Below are positions 26,651-34,631 of a stretch of 44,468 nucleotides of DNA, piece after piece. The notes beneath the pieces were generated by a model. That model was not told the DNA's origin. It saw only the letters and a program-made list of their open reading frames with translations, and made no database searches. Every line of letters starts with the position of its first letter. Position 1 is the first letter of the stretch. The stretch spans positions 1 through 44,468 of the forward strand of contig CAZDZG010000002.1 of NCBI GenBank assembly GCA_964509845.1, given 5' to 3'. The DNA comes from Candidatus Hadarchaeota archaeon (lineage in GTDB: Archaea; Hadarchaeota; Hadarchaeia; Hadarchaeales; WYZ-LMO6). Position numbers and translations under genes: made by a program.

Positions 26651-27324
26651 GCGAGAAGGTCTTTGCGGAATCCCTGGATCCCTCCTACCAGCACGGCTAC
26701 GGGGTCCTCATGGCCAAGGTGATAGCGGAGCACGCCCTCTCCGACCTGGGCCTGGGGGGGGCGGTGGAGGAGATGAGGATCCTGGTGGACATCGGGAAGC
26801 CCCTGTTCGCCGTCAGGGTGAGGTTGGGTCCTTCCCTGCCTCCCGTGAGGGTGAAGGACTGCGCCAGGGTGCAGGAGGCCCAGGATGGCGTACACGTCTA
26901 CCTGCTGGACGAGACGCACGCCCCCTCCCTGGCCAGGATCCTGAGGGAGAGGTTCGGGGGGAAGCTGGAGCAGCTGGACCGGTGGGAGGTGGTGGTCCCC
27001 GCCGGGGAGGCGAGGGCGGGGGAGCTGGAGGAGATGGTGGTGAGCAGGCCCTCCGAAACCCTGCTCGACAGACTGCTGGATGCCGTGCAGAGGGTGATAC
27101 CGGTGGGCTTCAGGGTGGGGTACTCGGAGAGGACGGGGAACTCCCTCCTGTTGGTGGCGAGCGAGAACCCGATCAGGGAGGAGTGGGTGGAGGAGGTGAA
27201 GGAGGCCCTCCGCAGGCCCCCCTCCCCCATTCCCCCCGAGAGGATGGAGGCAATAAGGAGGAGGGTGGAGAAGGCCGAGGTGGAGGCGAAGTTCAAGGAA
27301 GGGGCCATGCCTTTCAAGTGGTAG
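26647..27324 (+). CDS. mmp17: Methanogenesis marker protein 17
   Basis: AL.DL.LG..V..., DET.AP.L...L...FG...EQ.DR.E, RV.P.GFRV, VASE. Position between mmp15 and mmp7. Confidence 0.82.
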   Translation: MSEKVFAESLDPSYQHGYGVLMAKVIAEHALSDLGLGGAVEEMRILVDIGKPLFAVRVRLGPSLPPVRVKDCARVQEAQDGVHVYLLDETHAPSLARILRERFGGKLEQLDRWEVVVPAGEARAGELEEMVVSRPSETLLDRLLDAVQRVIPVGFRVGYSERTGNSLLLVASENPIREEWVEEVKEALRRPPSPIPPERMEAIRRRVEKAEVEAKFKEGAMPFKW

Positions 27325-27325
27325 C

Positions 27326-28267
27326 TTGCCCGGCTTCCTCTTCGAGGGGGGAGGGTACCGGCACCAGGAGATGCTCGAGCTGGTGGAGGACCTGGGAGGG
27401 GCCATCCTGCAGGTCAGGCTGGTGGGCTCGGAGGTCACCATCACCTTCTCCGTTCCCGGGGAGGACGTGTGGGCGGTGGAGGAGCTGGCCCGGGACCTGC
27501 AGGGGAGGTTGAGGAGGCTCCCCCTGCTGGGTTCGGAGATAGCGGTGGTTTCCCCCACCATCACCCGCCACCACCTCCCCCACCCCCTCTGTGACGTGGC
27601 GGAGTACCTGCGCAGAGAGGGGGCCAAGACCAACATGATAGGCCTGGCCAGGGGACCGGGGCAGAGGATCTGCCAGATCAGCGAGGAGGAGAGGAGGCTG
27701 ATAGAGGAGCACGACGCGGCCGTCTTCGTGCTGGGGAACTTCGAGCACTGCTTAAGGGAGCACAAGTGGAGGCTCTTCAAGGATCTCTCCGTCCCGGTGG
27801 TGGTGACGGGTGGCCCCGAGCTCCCCTCCCTCCCCCACGCCTTCGCCTACATCTCCGGAATGGGGAGGCTGCCCTACCGGGCCAGGACCTTCACGGAGAT
27901 AGGAAAGCTGGAGGAGGTGGCCAGGGCGGTGGAGAGGGCGCTGGAGGAGAGGAGGAGGAAACTGGAGCAGGATCCCCCCCTCCTCTCCCCGCTCGTGCTC
28001 AAGGCGGAAATAGAGCGAAAGCTAGGGGAGGTCCTGAGGGGAGGGGCCCCCTTCCCCGTGACCCCGCAGCTTAGGGGGGTGAGGGTGAAGCTTCCCTTCT
28101 CCCGGTTCGCGGAGAGGCTGGCGGAGCTGGAGGTGGCGGGCCACAGGCTCGGGGAGATAGCGGAGATACGCAGGTCGGTGATGAGGGATTACATCCTGGT
28201 CCACCTCCTCCCCCTCTCCAGGGTGGGGGCGGGTCCGGGGTTAATAAGAGGGGCCGTCCAGGGTTGA
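27326..28267 (+). CDS. mmp7: Methanogenesis marker protein 7
   Basis: FEGG.YR..E..ELVEDLGG.ILQ, PL.GSEIAVVSPT..RHHLPH..CD.AEYLRR.GAKTNMIGLARG.G, EHD.AVF.LG.F..C, RVKLP. Confidence 0.93.
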   Translation: MPGFLFEGGGYRHQEMLELVEDLGGAILQVRLVGSEVTITFSVPGEDVWAVEELARDLQGRLRRLPLLGSEIAVVSPTITRHHLPHPLCDVAEYLRREGAKTNMIGLARGPGQRICQISEEERRLIEEHDAAVFVLGNFEHCLREHKWRLFKDLSVPVVVTGGPELPSLPHAFAYISGMGRLPYRARTFTEIGKLEEVARAVERALEERRRKLEQDPPLLSPLVLKAEIERKLGEVLRGGAPFPVTPQLRGVRVKLPFSRFAERLAELEVAGHRLGEIAEIRRSVMRDYILVHLLPLSRVGAGPGLIRGAVQG

Positions 28268-28635
28268 AGGTGGAGGAGGAAAGGCCCGAGGTGGAGGTCT
28301 TCCCCTACAGGCTTCCCAGCGATGAGACGGTCTCCAGGTTTCTCACCCTCCTCAGGGAGATGGGAGGGGTGTGCAGGGTGATGATGCTGGGCCCCTCCAT
28401 TTCCTACCGCAAGGTCATCAGGGTGGGAGAGAAGCCGATAACCCTGTACATACAGGTGGGAAAGTTCTGGGTGGAGATGGAGAGCCTGGAGCGGCTGGAG
28501 GACCTGAAGAGGATCTGCCAGCAGGTCTTCCCCTACGGCTTCGAGCTGAGGGTGGGGAGGTTCGGCCTCGCGAAAGAGGCCCTGAGCGGGAGGAGGATGG
28601 TGCTCAGGATGGACACGCTGGAGGGTGAGGGGTGA
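28264..28635 (+). CDS. mcrD: Methyl-coenzyme M reductase operon protein D (short form)
   Basis: EV.P.RL...ET...L, RV...GPS, RKVI.V......L..QVG, IC...FP.G.....GRF. Immediately upstream of mcrC. Confidence 0.78.
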   Translation: MKVEEERPEVEVFPYRLPSDETVSRFLTLLREMGGVCRVMMLGPSISYRKVIRVGEKPITLYIQVGKFWVEMESLERLEDLKRICQQVFPYGFELRVGRFGLAKEALSGRRMVLRMDTLEGEG

Positions 28636-29273
28636 GGATAGGGAGGAAGTGGAGGGTGGTGGACTGCAGGGAGACGGCCGGGCTGGGGCTGGGGGGAGGG
28701 CTGGCCCAGCGCGGGACGCTGGCCGAGGCCGCCGAGCCCGACCTCATCGTCCTCTCCATGGGTCCCAGCCCCAGGCACATCACCAAGCCCGTCTGCGAGA
28801 TCACCTACGGCCTGAGGGAGGCGGGCTTCAACGTCAGCGTGTTGGTCCTGAAGGCCGGCATAGGCCCTCCCGAGGAGCTCATGGACCAGGTGGTGGGGGC
28901 GGCCTACTCCAGCCTCTCCCCGGAGGAGGAACAGCAGATCCGCAGGCACAAGCTCGCCCTCATCCACGTGGGGAACGTTCCCAGGCACTTCATCCCCAAG
29001 GTGAAGGTCTTCCTGAGGAACGTGGAGATCCCCGCCATCGTGGTCTCCCAGGCCCCCGTGACCCTCCAGGACTTCGCGGCGGAGGGAATAAGGACCAGCG
29101 AGTTCGAGCCGGAGGTTCCCGAGACCAAGGGAATGGTGGTGGAGGTGGTCACGGGGGTGATAAGGGGACAGTCCTGCCCCCAGGACAAGCTGGACGAGAT
29201 CGTGGGCAAGGTAAGGTACTGGATGGAGAGGGTGAAGGATGGACAGGCATGTCTGGGAAGTGGCCAAGGCTAG
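28632..29273 (+). CDS. mcrC: Methyl-coenzyme M reductase operon protein C
   Basis: IGR...VVDCRE..GLG.GGGLAQRGT.AE, M.P..RHITKPVCEITY.LR, SVLVL.AG.G, H.GNV..H...K, Q.PV...DFA..G, GV.RG..CP. Confidence 0.95.
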   Translation: MRIGRKWRVVDCRETAGLGLGGGLAQRGTLAEAAEPDLIVLSMGPSPRHITKPVCEITYGLREAGFNVSVLVLKAGIGPPEELMDQVVGAAYSSLSPEEEQQIRRHKLALIHVGNVPRHFIPKVKVFLRNVEIPAIVVSQAPVTLQDFAAEGIRTSEFEPEVPETKGMVVEVVTGVIRGQSCPQDKLDEIVGKVRYWMERVKDGQACLGSGQG

Positions 29274-30084
29274 GGTGGTGGTGGAGGGGGGAAGGGTGGT
29301 GGAGGTGGGGGAGCCCCTCACCGAGTTCTGTCCCGTGCTGGAGGCCCTCACCGGGGAGGGGAAGAGGACCAGGGAGGGGGTGAGGGAATCCATGGAGAGG
29401 AGGATAGAGCTGCTGGGCCTCTGCACCCCGAGAAGGGTCCTGGAGGTGGAGGGGATGGGGGTGGGCTTCGGGGCCTCCGAGTGCCTGGCCACGGCCCTGG
29501 AGAGGGGGGTGGTGGAGACCACGGTGACGGTTTGCGAGGGGGCGGGGACGGTGCTCACGGACAGGCCCGAGCTGGTTCAGGGGATAGGGATGGCGATGAG
29601 CGCCCTCCTGGAGACCAGCCCCATCCCGGAGGTGATCAGAAGGCTGCAGGAAAGGGGGGCGGTGGTCCTGGACCCCTCCACGGCCAGGATGGACCAGGTG
29701 GAGGGGGTGAGGAGGGCCCTGTCCATGGGTTACCGCAGGGTGGGGGTGACGGTCACGGGTCCCGAGGCCCCCTTGATAGAGGAGCTCAGGGAGCTGGAGG
29801 GGAGGGAGGGGGCCACCCTCCTCCTCATCGTGGTCCACACCACGGGGGTGGGGGAGGAGTTCCTTCCCTTCCTGCGCAGGGCGGACATGGTCCATGCCTG
29901 CGCCTCCAGGGTGGTCAGGGAGGGGCTGGCCCCGCTGGCCAGGGCCTCCTTCGGCAGGAGCATACCCGTGTACGCCCTGACGGAGCTGGGGGAGAGGGTG
30001 CTGAGGATGCAGGAGGAAAAGGTCAGGAGGGAGGAGAGGGGGGTGAGGGTGGAAGTCCCCCGTCCCCCCCACCCCCTGCGCTGA
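29239..30084 (+). CDS. mmp8: Methanogenesis marker protein 8 (DUF2099 family)
   Basis: D.H.....KARVV...G.V.EVGEP....CP, FG.SE, VCEGAGTV....PELVQGIG..MS.L..TSPI, DQ..G, VHTTG, CAS. Confidence 0.88.
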   Translation: MDRHVWEVAKARVVVEGGRVVEVGEPLTEFCPVLEALTGEGKRTREGVRESMERRIELLGLCTPRRVLEVEGMGVGFGASECLATALERGVVETTVTVCEGAGTVLTDRPELVQGIGMAMSALLETSPIPEVIRRLQERGAVVLDPSTARMDQVEGVRRALSMGYRRVGVTVTGPEAPLIEELRELEGREGATLLLIVVHTTGVGEEFLPFLRRADMVHACASRVVREGLAPLARASFGRSIPVYALTELGERVLRMQEEKVRREERGVRVEVPRPPHPLR

Positions 30085-30087
30085 ACC

Positions 30088-30660
30088 ATGGAGCTGGGGG
30101 AGGGCGTTTACCTGGTGAAGCCGGGGAGGGTGATCTACGATGAGGCCTCCGTGCTTTACGCCTCCTCCTCCGTGGTGCTGATCGAGGACGGGGAGCTCAT
30201 CCTGGTGGACACCGCCCTGGAGGAGGACTGGCCCCTGATCGAGGAGGGAATAAGGAGGGCGGGATTCAGGCCCTCCCAGGTGGGGGTGGTGGTGAACACC
30301 CACCTCCACCCCGATCACACGGGTTGCAACCACAGGTTCGAGGCCAGGCGCTACGCCCATCCGCTGGAGATAAGGAGGGTGGGAACGGAGGGCTATCTCC
30401 CCTGTCCCGCCAGGCTCTCGGAGAGGGTCTGGGTGATGGAGACCCCGGGACACGTGGAGGGACATCTCTCGGTGGTCTGCGGGGGGGTGGTGGTGGCCGG
30501 CGATGCCATTCCCACCAGGAGGCACTACGAAGAGGGGATCATCCCCAGGATTCACACGGACGCCGGCAAGGCCAGGGAGAGCATGAGAAGGATAGCGGAG
30601 GTGGCGGAGGTCATCGTTCCCGGTCACGATCTTCCCTTCCGCGTGAGGAGGAGAGCGTGA
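30088..30660 (+). CDS. Metallo-beta-lactamase fold hydrolase
   Basis: ILVDT, NTHLHPDHTG, TPGH, AGDA, PGHD. Confidence 0.9.
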   Translation: MELGEGVYLVKPGRVIYDEASVLYASSSVVLIEDGELILVDTALEEDWPLIEEGIRRAGFRPSQVGVVVNTHLHPDHTGCNHRFEARRYAHPLEIRRVGTEGYLPCPARLSERVWVMETPGHVEGHLSVVCGGVVVAGDAIPTRRHYEEGIIPRIHTDAGKARESMRRIAEVAEVIVPGHDLPFRVRRRA

Positions 30661-31785
30661 AGGGCTTCTCCACCAAGGCGGTGCACGGGGGGGAGGAACC
30701 CTGCCCCGTCACCGGCTCCCACGCCGTCCCCCTCTACCAGACCTCCACCTTCGTCCTGGGGAAGGAGCTTCCCCCCAGGTACGTTTACACCAGGCATGGG
30801 AACCCCACCCAGGAGGTGCTGGAGAAAAAGGTGGCCCTGCTGGAGGGAGGGGAGGCGGCCCTGGCCACGGCCTCAGGGATGGCGGCCATCCTCACCTCCG
30901 TGCTCACCCTGGCGGGGAAGGGGGAGAAGGTGGCCTTTTCCGCGGCGGTCTACGGTGGCACCTACAGCCTGGCCAGGAACCTCCTGCCGAGGCTGGGGAT
31001 GGAGGTCATGATGTTCGATCCCAGGAGCAGGGAGGAGGTGGAGGAGGTACTCAGGAGGGGGGCGAGGGTCCTCCTGCTGGAAACCCCCACCAACCCCACC
31101 CTGGACGTGGTGGACCTCGGGGAGGTCTGCGACCTGGCGGAGGAGAGGGGGGCGAGGGTGATCGTGGACAACACCCTCATGACCCCTTACTACCAGAGGC
31201 CGCTGGAGCTGGGGGCGGAGGTGGTGGTGCACAGCGCCACCAAGTACCTTTGCGGCCACGGGGACGCGCTGGGAGGGGTGGTGGTGGGTAAGGAGGAGTT
31301 CATCTCCGAGGCCAGGAGGGTAATGGTCCTGACCGGTGGGTCCATCAGCCCCTTCAACGCCTGGCTCATCGTCAGGGGCATCAAAACCCTTCCCCTCAGG
31401 ATGGAGAGGCACAGCCAGAACGCCCTCAGGGTGGCGGAGTTCCTCCGTTCCCATCCCAGGGTTAAGGGGGTGAGGTACCCTGGTCTCCCCGACCATCCCC
31501 AGCATGAGCTGGCCAGGAGGCAGATGAGGGGGTTCGGGGGGATGGTTTCCTTCGAGCTGGGAGGAAGGGAGGAGGCTTACAGGATGATGGGGGGGCTGAG
31601 GCTGATCAGGTGCGCGGTAAGCCTGGGAGACGTGTGCTCCCTCATCGAACACCCCTTCACCATGACCCATCGCTCCCTCCCCGAGGAGGAGAGGGAGAGG
31701 CGAGGGACTGGTGAGGCTCTCGGTGGGGGTGGAGGATGCGGAAGATATAATAGAAGATCTGGGGAGAGCGTTAGATGCCCTCTGA
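30657..31785 (+). pseudogene. Cys/Met metabolism PLP enzyme (methionine gamma-lyase/cystathionine gamma-synthase family), frameshifted near 31701
   Basis: PLYQTSTF, YTR.GNPT, ASGMAAI, ETPTNP, DNT, HSATKY (PLP lysine), SLG...SL.EHP..MTH. The conserved tail GLVRLSVGVEDAEDIIEDL is in the +1 frame (31702-31785). Could be a real lesion or an assembly error. Confidence 0.8.
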
Positions 31786-33229
31786 GGACATGGACAGGAT
31801 CTTCCATCCCCGGGGGGTGGCGGTGGTTGGGGCCTCCCCCAACCCCTCCAAGTTCGGTTTCATCTTCTACTACGGCCTGAAGAACTCGGGGGCCCCGGTC
31901 TACCCCGTGAACCCCAACGAGAGGGAGGTCCTGGGGGACAGGTGCTATCCCACGGTGGACGCCATCCCGTACGAGGTGGACTACGCCGTGATCTCCATCC
32001 CAGCCCCCTCCGTTCCCAAGGTGATAGAGGACTGCGGGCGAAAGGGGGTGAAGGCGGTGAGCATCTACACCGCGGGCTACGGGGAGGAGGGGACGGAGGA
32101 GGGGAGGAGGAGGGAGAGGGAGCTGGCGGAGACGGCCAGGAGGAGCGGGGTGAGGGTGATAGGCCCCAACTGCATAGGGATTTACTGTCCCAAGGGGAGG
32201 CTCTCCTTCTTCGCCGGCCTTCCCCTGGTGGAGGGGGAGGTGGCCTTCCTCTCCCAGAGCGGAGGACATGCGGAGGAGCTGGCCTACAAGGCGGAGAACT
32301 GGGGGATCAGGTTCAGCAAGATCGTGAGCTTCGGGAACGCCTGCGACGTGACCCCTGAGGAGCTGCTCGAGTACCTGGGGGAGGATCCTGACACGAAGAT
32401 CATAGGGATGTACGTGGAGGGCTCGAGGGACGGGAGGAGGTTCTTCGAGGTCCTGCGAAGGGTGGCGGCCAGGAAGCCCGTGGTGGTCTGGAAGGGAGGG
32501 GAGACGGAGGCTGGGGCGAGGGCGGTGGCCTCTCACACGGGCTCCCTGGCCGGCTCCGTCCAGGTGTGGAGGGCGGCCCTGAGGCAGGCGGGGGCCATCC
32601 AGGTGGAGGACTTCGAGGAGATGGCGGACGTCCTTCACGCCCTGAGCCGTTTGCCCCTCCCCCGGGGAAGGAGGGTGGCCGTGGTGGGGGCGGGAGGGGG
32701 GGCGGGGGTGGCCTCCACGGATGCCTGCGAGAAGAACGGCCTAAGGGTGGCCCCCCTGTCCGAGGAGACCGTGAGGAGGCTGGAGGAGGTGGTTCCCACC
32801 CCCGGGACCTCCGTGAGGAACCCCGTGGACCTCTCCTACTTCGCGCTCTTCGACTTCTCCCTGATGGGGAGGTGCGTGGAGATCCTGGCCTCCGACCCTG
32901 GGGTGGATGCCATCATCGCCCACGTGAGCCACCTGGACATGATGATGAAGGCCCTCCCCACCAGCCCCGAGGAGGAGGTGCTGCACGTCATGGCGAGGGT
33001 GAAGGAGAGGATGAGGGCCTTCCCTGAGAAGCCCCTGGCCCTGGTGCTGGCCCTGGAGTCGGACTTCGAGATCCAGAAGAGGAAGGTTGAGATGAGGGGG
33101 AAACTGGTCAGGGAGGGCTTCTGCGTTTTCCCCACCACCGCCAGGGCGGCCAGGGCCCTCTCCCACCTGGCCTTCCTGAGGGAATTCAGGGAGAGGAGGG
33201 CTAGAGCGGAGGCTTCCCAGGGTTCATGA
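31775..33229 (+). CDS. ADP-forming acyl-CoA synthetase (ACD) alpha-subunit family, copy 1
   Basis: F.PR.VAVVGAS, YPVNP, GPNCIG, SQSGG, S.GN..D, SHTGSLAG (phospho-His), NPVD. No ATP-grasp domain. Confidence 0.88.
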   Translation: MPSEDMDRIFHPRGVAVVGASPNPSKFGFIFYYGLKNSGAPVYPVNPNEREVLGDRCYPTVDAIPYEVDYAVISIPAPSVPKVIEDCGRKGVKAVSIYTAGYGEEGTEEGRRRERELAETARRSGVRVIGPNCIGIYCPKGRLSFFAGLPLVEGEVAFLSQSGGHAEELAYKAENWGIRFSKIVSFGNACDVTPEELLEYLGEDPDTKIIGMYVEGSRDGRRFFEVLRRVAARKPVVVWKGGETEAGARAVASHTGSLAGSVQVWRAALRQAGAIQVEDFEEMADVLHALSRLPLPRGRRVAVVGAGGGAGVASTDACEKNGLRVAPLSEETVRRLEEVVPTPGTSVRNPVDLSYFALFDFSLMGRCVEILASDPGVDAIIAHVSHLDMMMKALPTSPEEEVLHVMARVKERMRAFPEKPLALVLALESDFEIQKRKVEMRGKLVREGFCVFPTTARAARALSHLAFLREFRERRARAEASQGS

Positions 33230-34631
33230 GGTGGAGGGGATCCACCAGATCCTTCAGGGCCCTCCACAGCCTCCCGTACTCCCCCAGCCTCCTGCTGTCC
33301 ACCACGCCGGGGAAAGGCCTGAACCAGCCGTAGATCCCCACCTTCAGCAGGGCCTTCATGATCTCCCGGTGCAGCCTCCTCATCTTCCTGACCTGCTCGG
33401 GGTCCCCGGCGTCCCAGAGGATGCAGGGATCGTTGTAGGCCAGCTGTCCGTGGAAGGGGGCCACGGGAACGGCCTCGTAGTGGAACTCGTCGAAGCCGTA
33501 CCTGAAGCTTATCTCCCTGCAGACCCGGTAGTACTCCGGGGCCAGCTTCATGATCCCGTAGAAGGAGCAGCCGTAGAGGTTACCCTTCTTCCACCCCCTC
33601 ACGCTGGTCCTCTCCCAGATCTCGTCCTTCACCATTTCCTCCTCCACCTCGGGCGGGAGGGGAAGGAGGGTTCCCCCGTTCTCCTCCACGATCCTCCTCA
33701 TCCTCTGCTCGTCCCTTTCCGCCCTCTCCCTGTCCCCCGCCACGTAAAGCCACATGGTGAAGAGGTCCTCCTCCCCCAGAGCCTCGGTGAGGCCCTCCAG
33801 CCTTCCCCCCCTGGTCAGGGTTCGCAAGGAGGAGGGGGTGAAGGTCATGGTCCAGCAGGCCTCCACCACGTCCCTCACCGTGAGCTCGATGGCCGGTCTG
33901 ACCATGGATTCGTAGTTCGGGAAGGAGGCCATGAAGGGCTTGATCACCTCGGGCATGGGGTAGAGCCTTATCGTCCCCTTGGTGATCACCCCCATGGTCC
34001 CCGGGTTGGCCTGGAAGAGCTTGCAGAGGTCGGGGCCGTTGACCAGGTTGCAGTAGGGTAGGGGGCGGGAGGTGGGGGTGTTGAGGGATCCCGTGCGGAG
34101 CAGGCGCCCGTCGGGAAGGACCACCTCTATGGAGATGAGGTGATCGGTCCCGTACCTGGTGGCGGGCCCGTAGATCCCCCTGAGCATGTAGTTGGCCAGC
34201 ACGGAGGCGGTGGAGGGGGCCCAGGGGGTGATCACCCTCAGCCCCGTCTTCCTCACCTCGTTCACCAGCTGTCCGAAGCTTACCCCCGGCTCTATGGTGG
34301 CCGTCATCATCTCCTCGTTGATCTCCAGGATGCGGTTCATCCTCCTGAGGTCCAGGAGGATCCCGCCCCTGCTGGGGATGCACAGTCCCTTCCTGTTGAT
34401 CCCGGAGGCCAGCGGGACCACCGGGATCCTGTACCGGTAGGCCAGCCTGAGGACCCTCCGCACCTCCTCGGTGGAGCCGGGCCTGACCACCAGGTCGGGG
34501 CGGTGGGGGGGAACCAGGAAGAACTGGTCGTCCCTCTCGAAGGGCACCAGGTCGGAGGGATCGGAGGATACATTCTCCTTCCCCACCACCTCCGCCAGCT
34601 TCCTCTCCACCTCCCTGAGCCTGGCCCTCAT
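33201..34631 (-). CDS. FAD-binding oxidoreductase, VAO/PCMH/GlcD superfamily, copy 2
   Basis: PDLVVRP.STEEV, GGILLDL.RMN.I, EVVLPDG.LLRTG, GTMGVITK, DP...MNPGK. Confidence 0.88.
   Translation of the reverse strand: MRARLREVERKLAEVVGKENVSSDPSDLVPFERDDQFFLVPPHRPDLVVRPGSTEEVRRVLRLAYRYRIPVVPLASGINRKGLCIPSRGGILLDLRRMNRILEINEEMMTATIEPGVSFGQLVNEVRKTGLRVITPWAPSTASVLANYMLRGIYGPATRYGTDHLISIEVVLPDGRLLRTGSLNTPTSRPLPYCNLVNGPDLCKLFQANPGTMGVITKGTIRLYPMPEVIKPFMASFPNYESMVRPAIELTVRDVVEACWTMTFTPSSLRTLTRGGRLEGLTEALGEEDLFTMWLYVAGDRERAERDEQRMRRIVEENGGTLLPLPPEVEEEMVKDEIWERTSVRGWKKGNLYGCSFYGIMKLAPEYYRVCREISFRYGFDEFHYEAVPVAPFHGQLAYNDPCILWDAGDPEQVRKMRRLHREIMKALLKVGIYGWFRPFPGVVDSRRLGEYGRLWRALKDLVDPLHLMNPGKPPL

Noticed and set aside
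21765-30084. Concluding that the organism is a methanogen
   Set aside because: No mcrABG, mtr or methyltransferase genes in the window; the markers indicate only an MCR-family enzyme, whose type and direction cannot be read here.
33201-33229. Convergent 3' overlaps (also 5273-5307, 17597-17608, 42363-42394) as antisense regulation
   Set aside because: Short tail overlaps are common in compact archaeal genomes; no further evidence.
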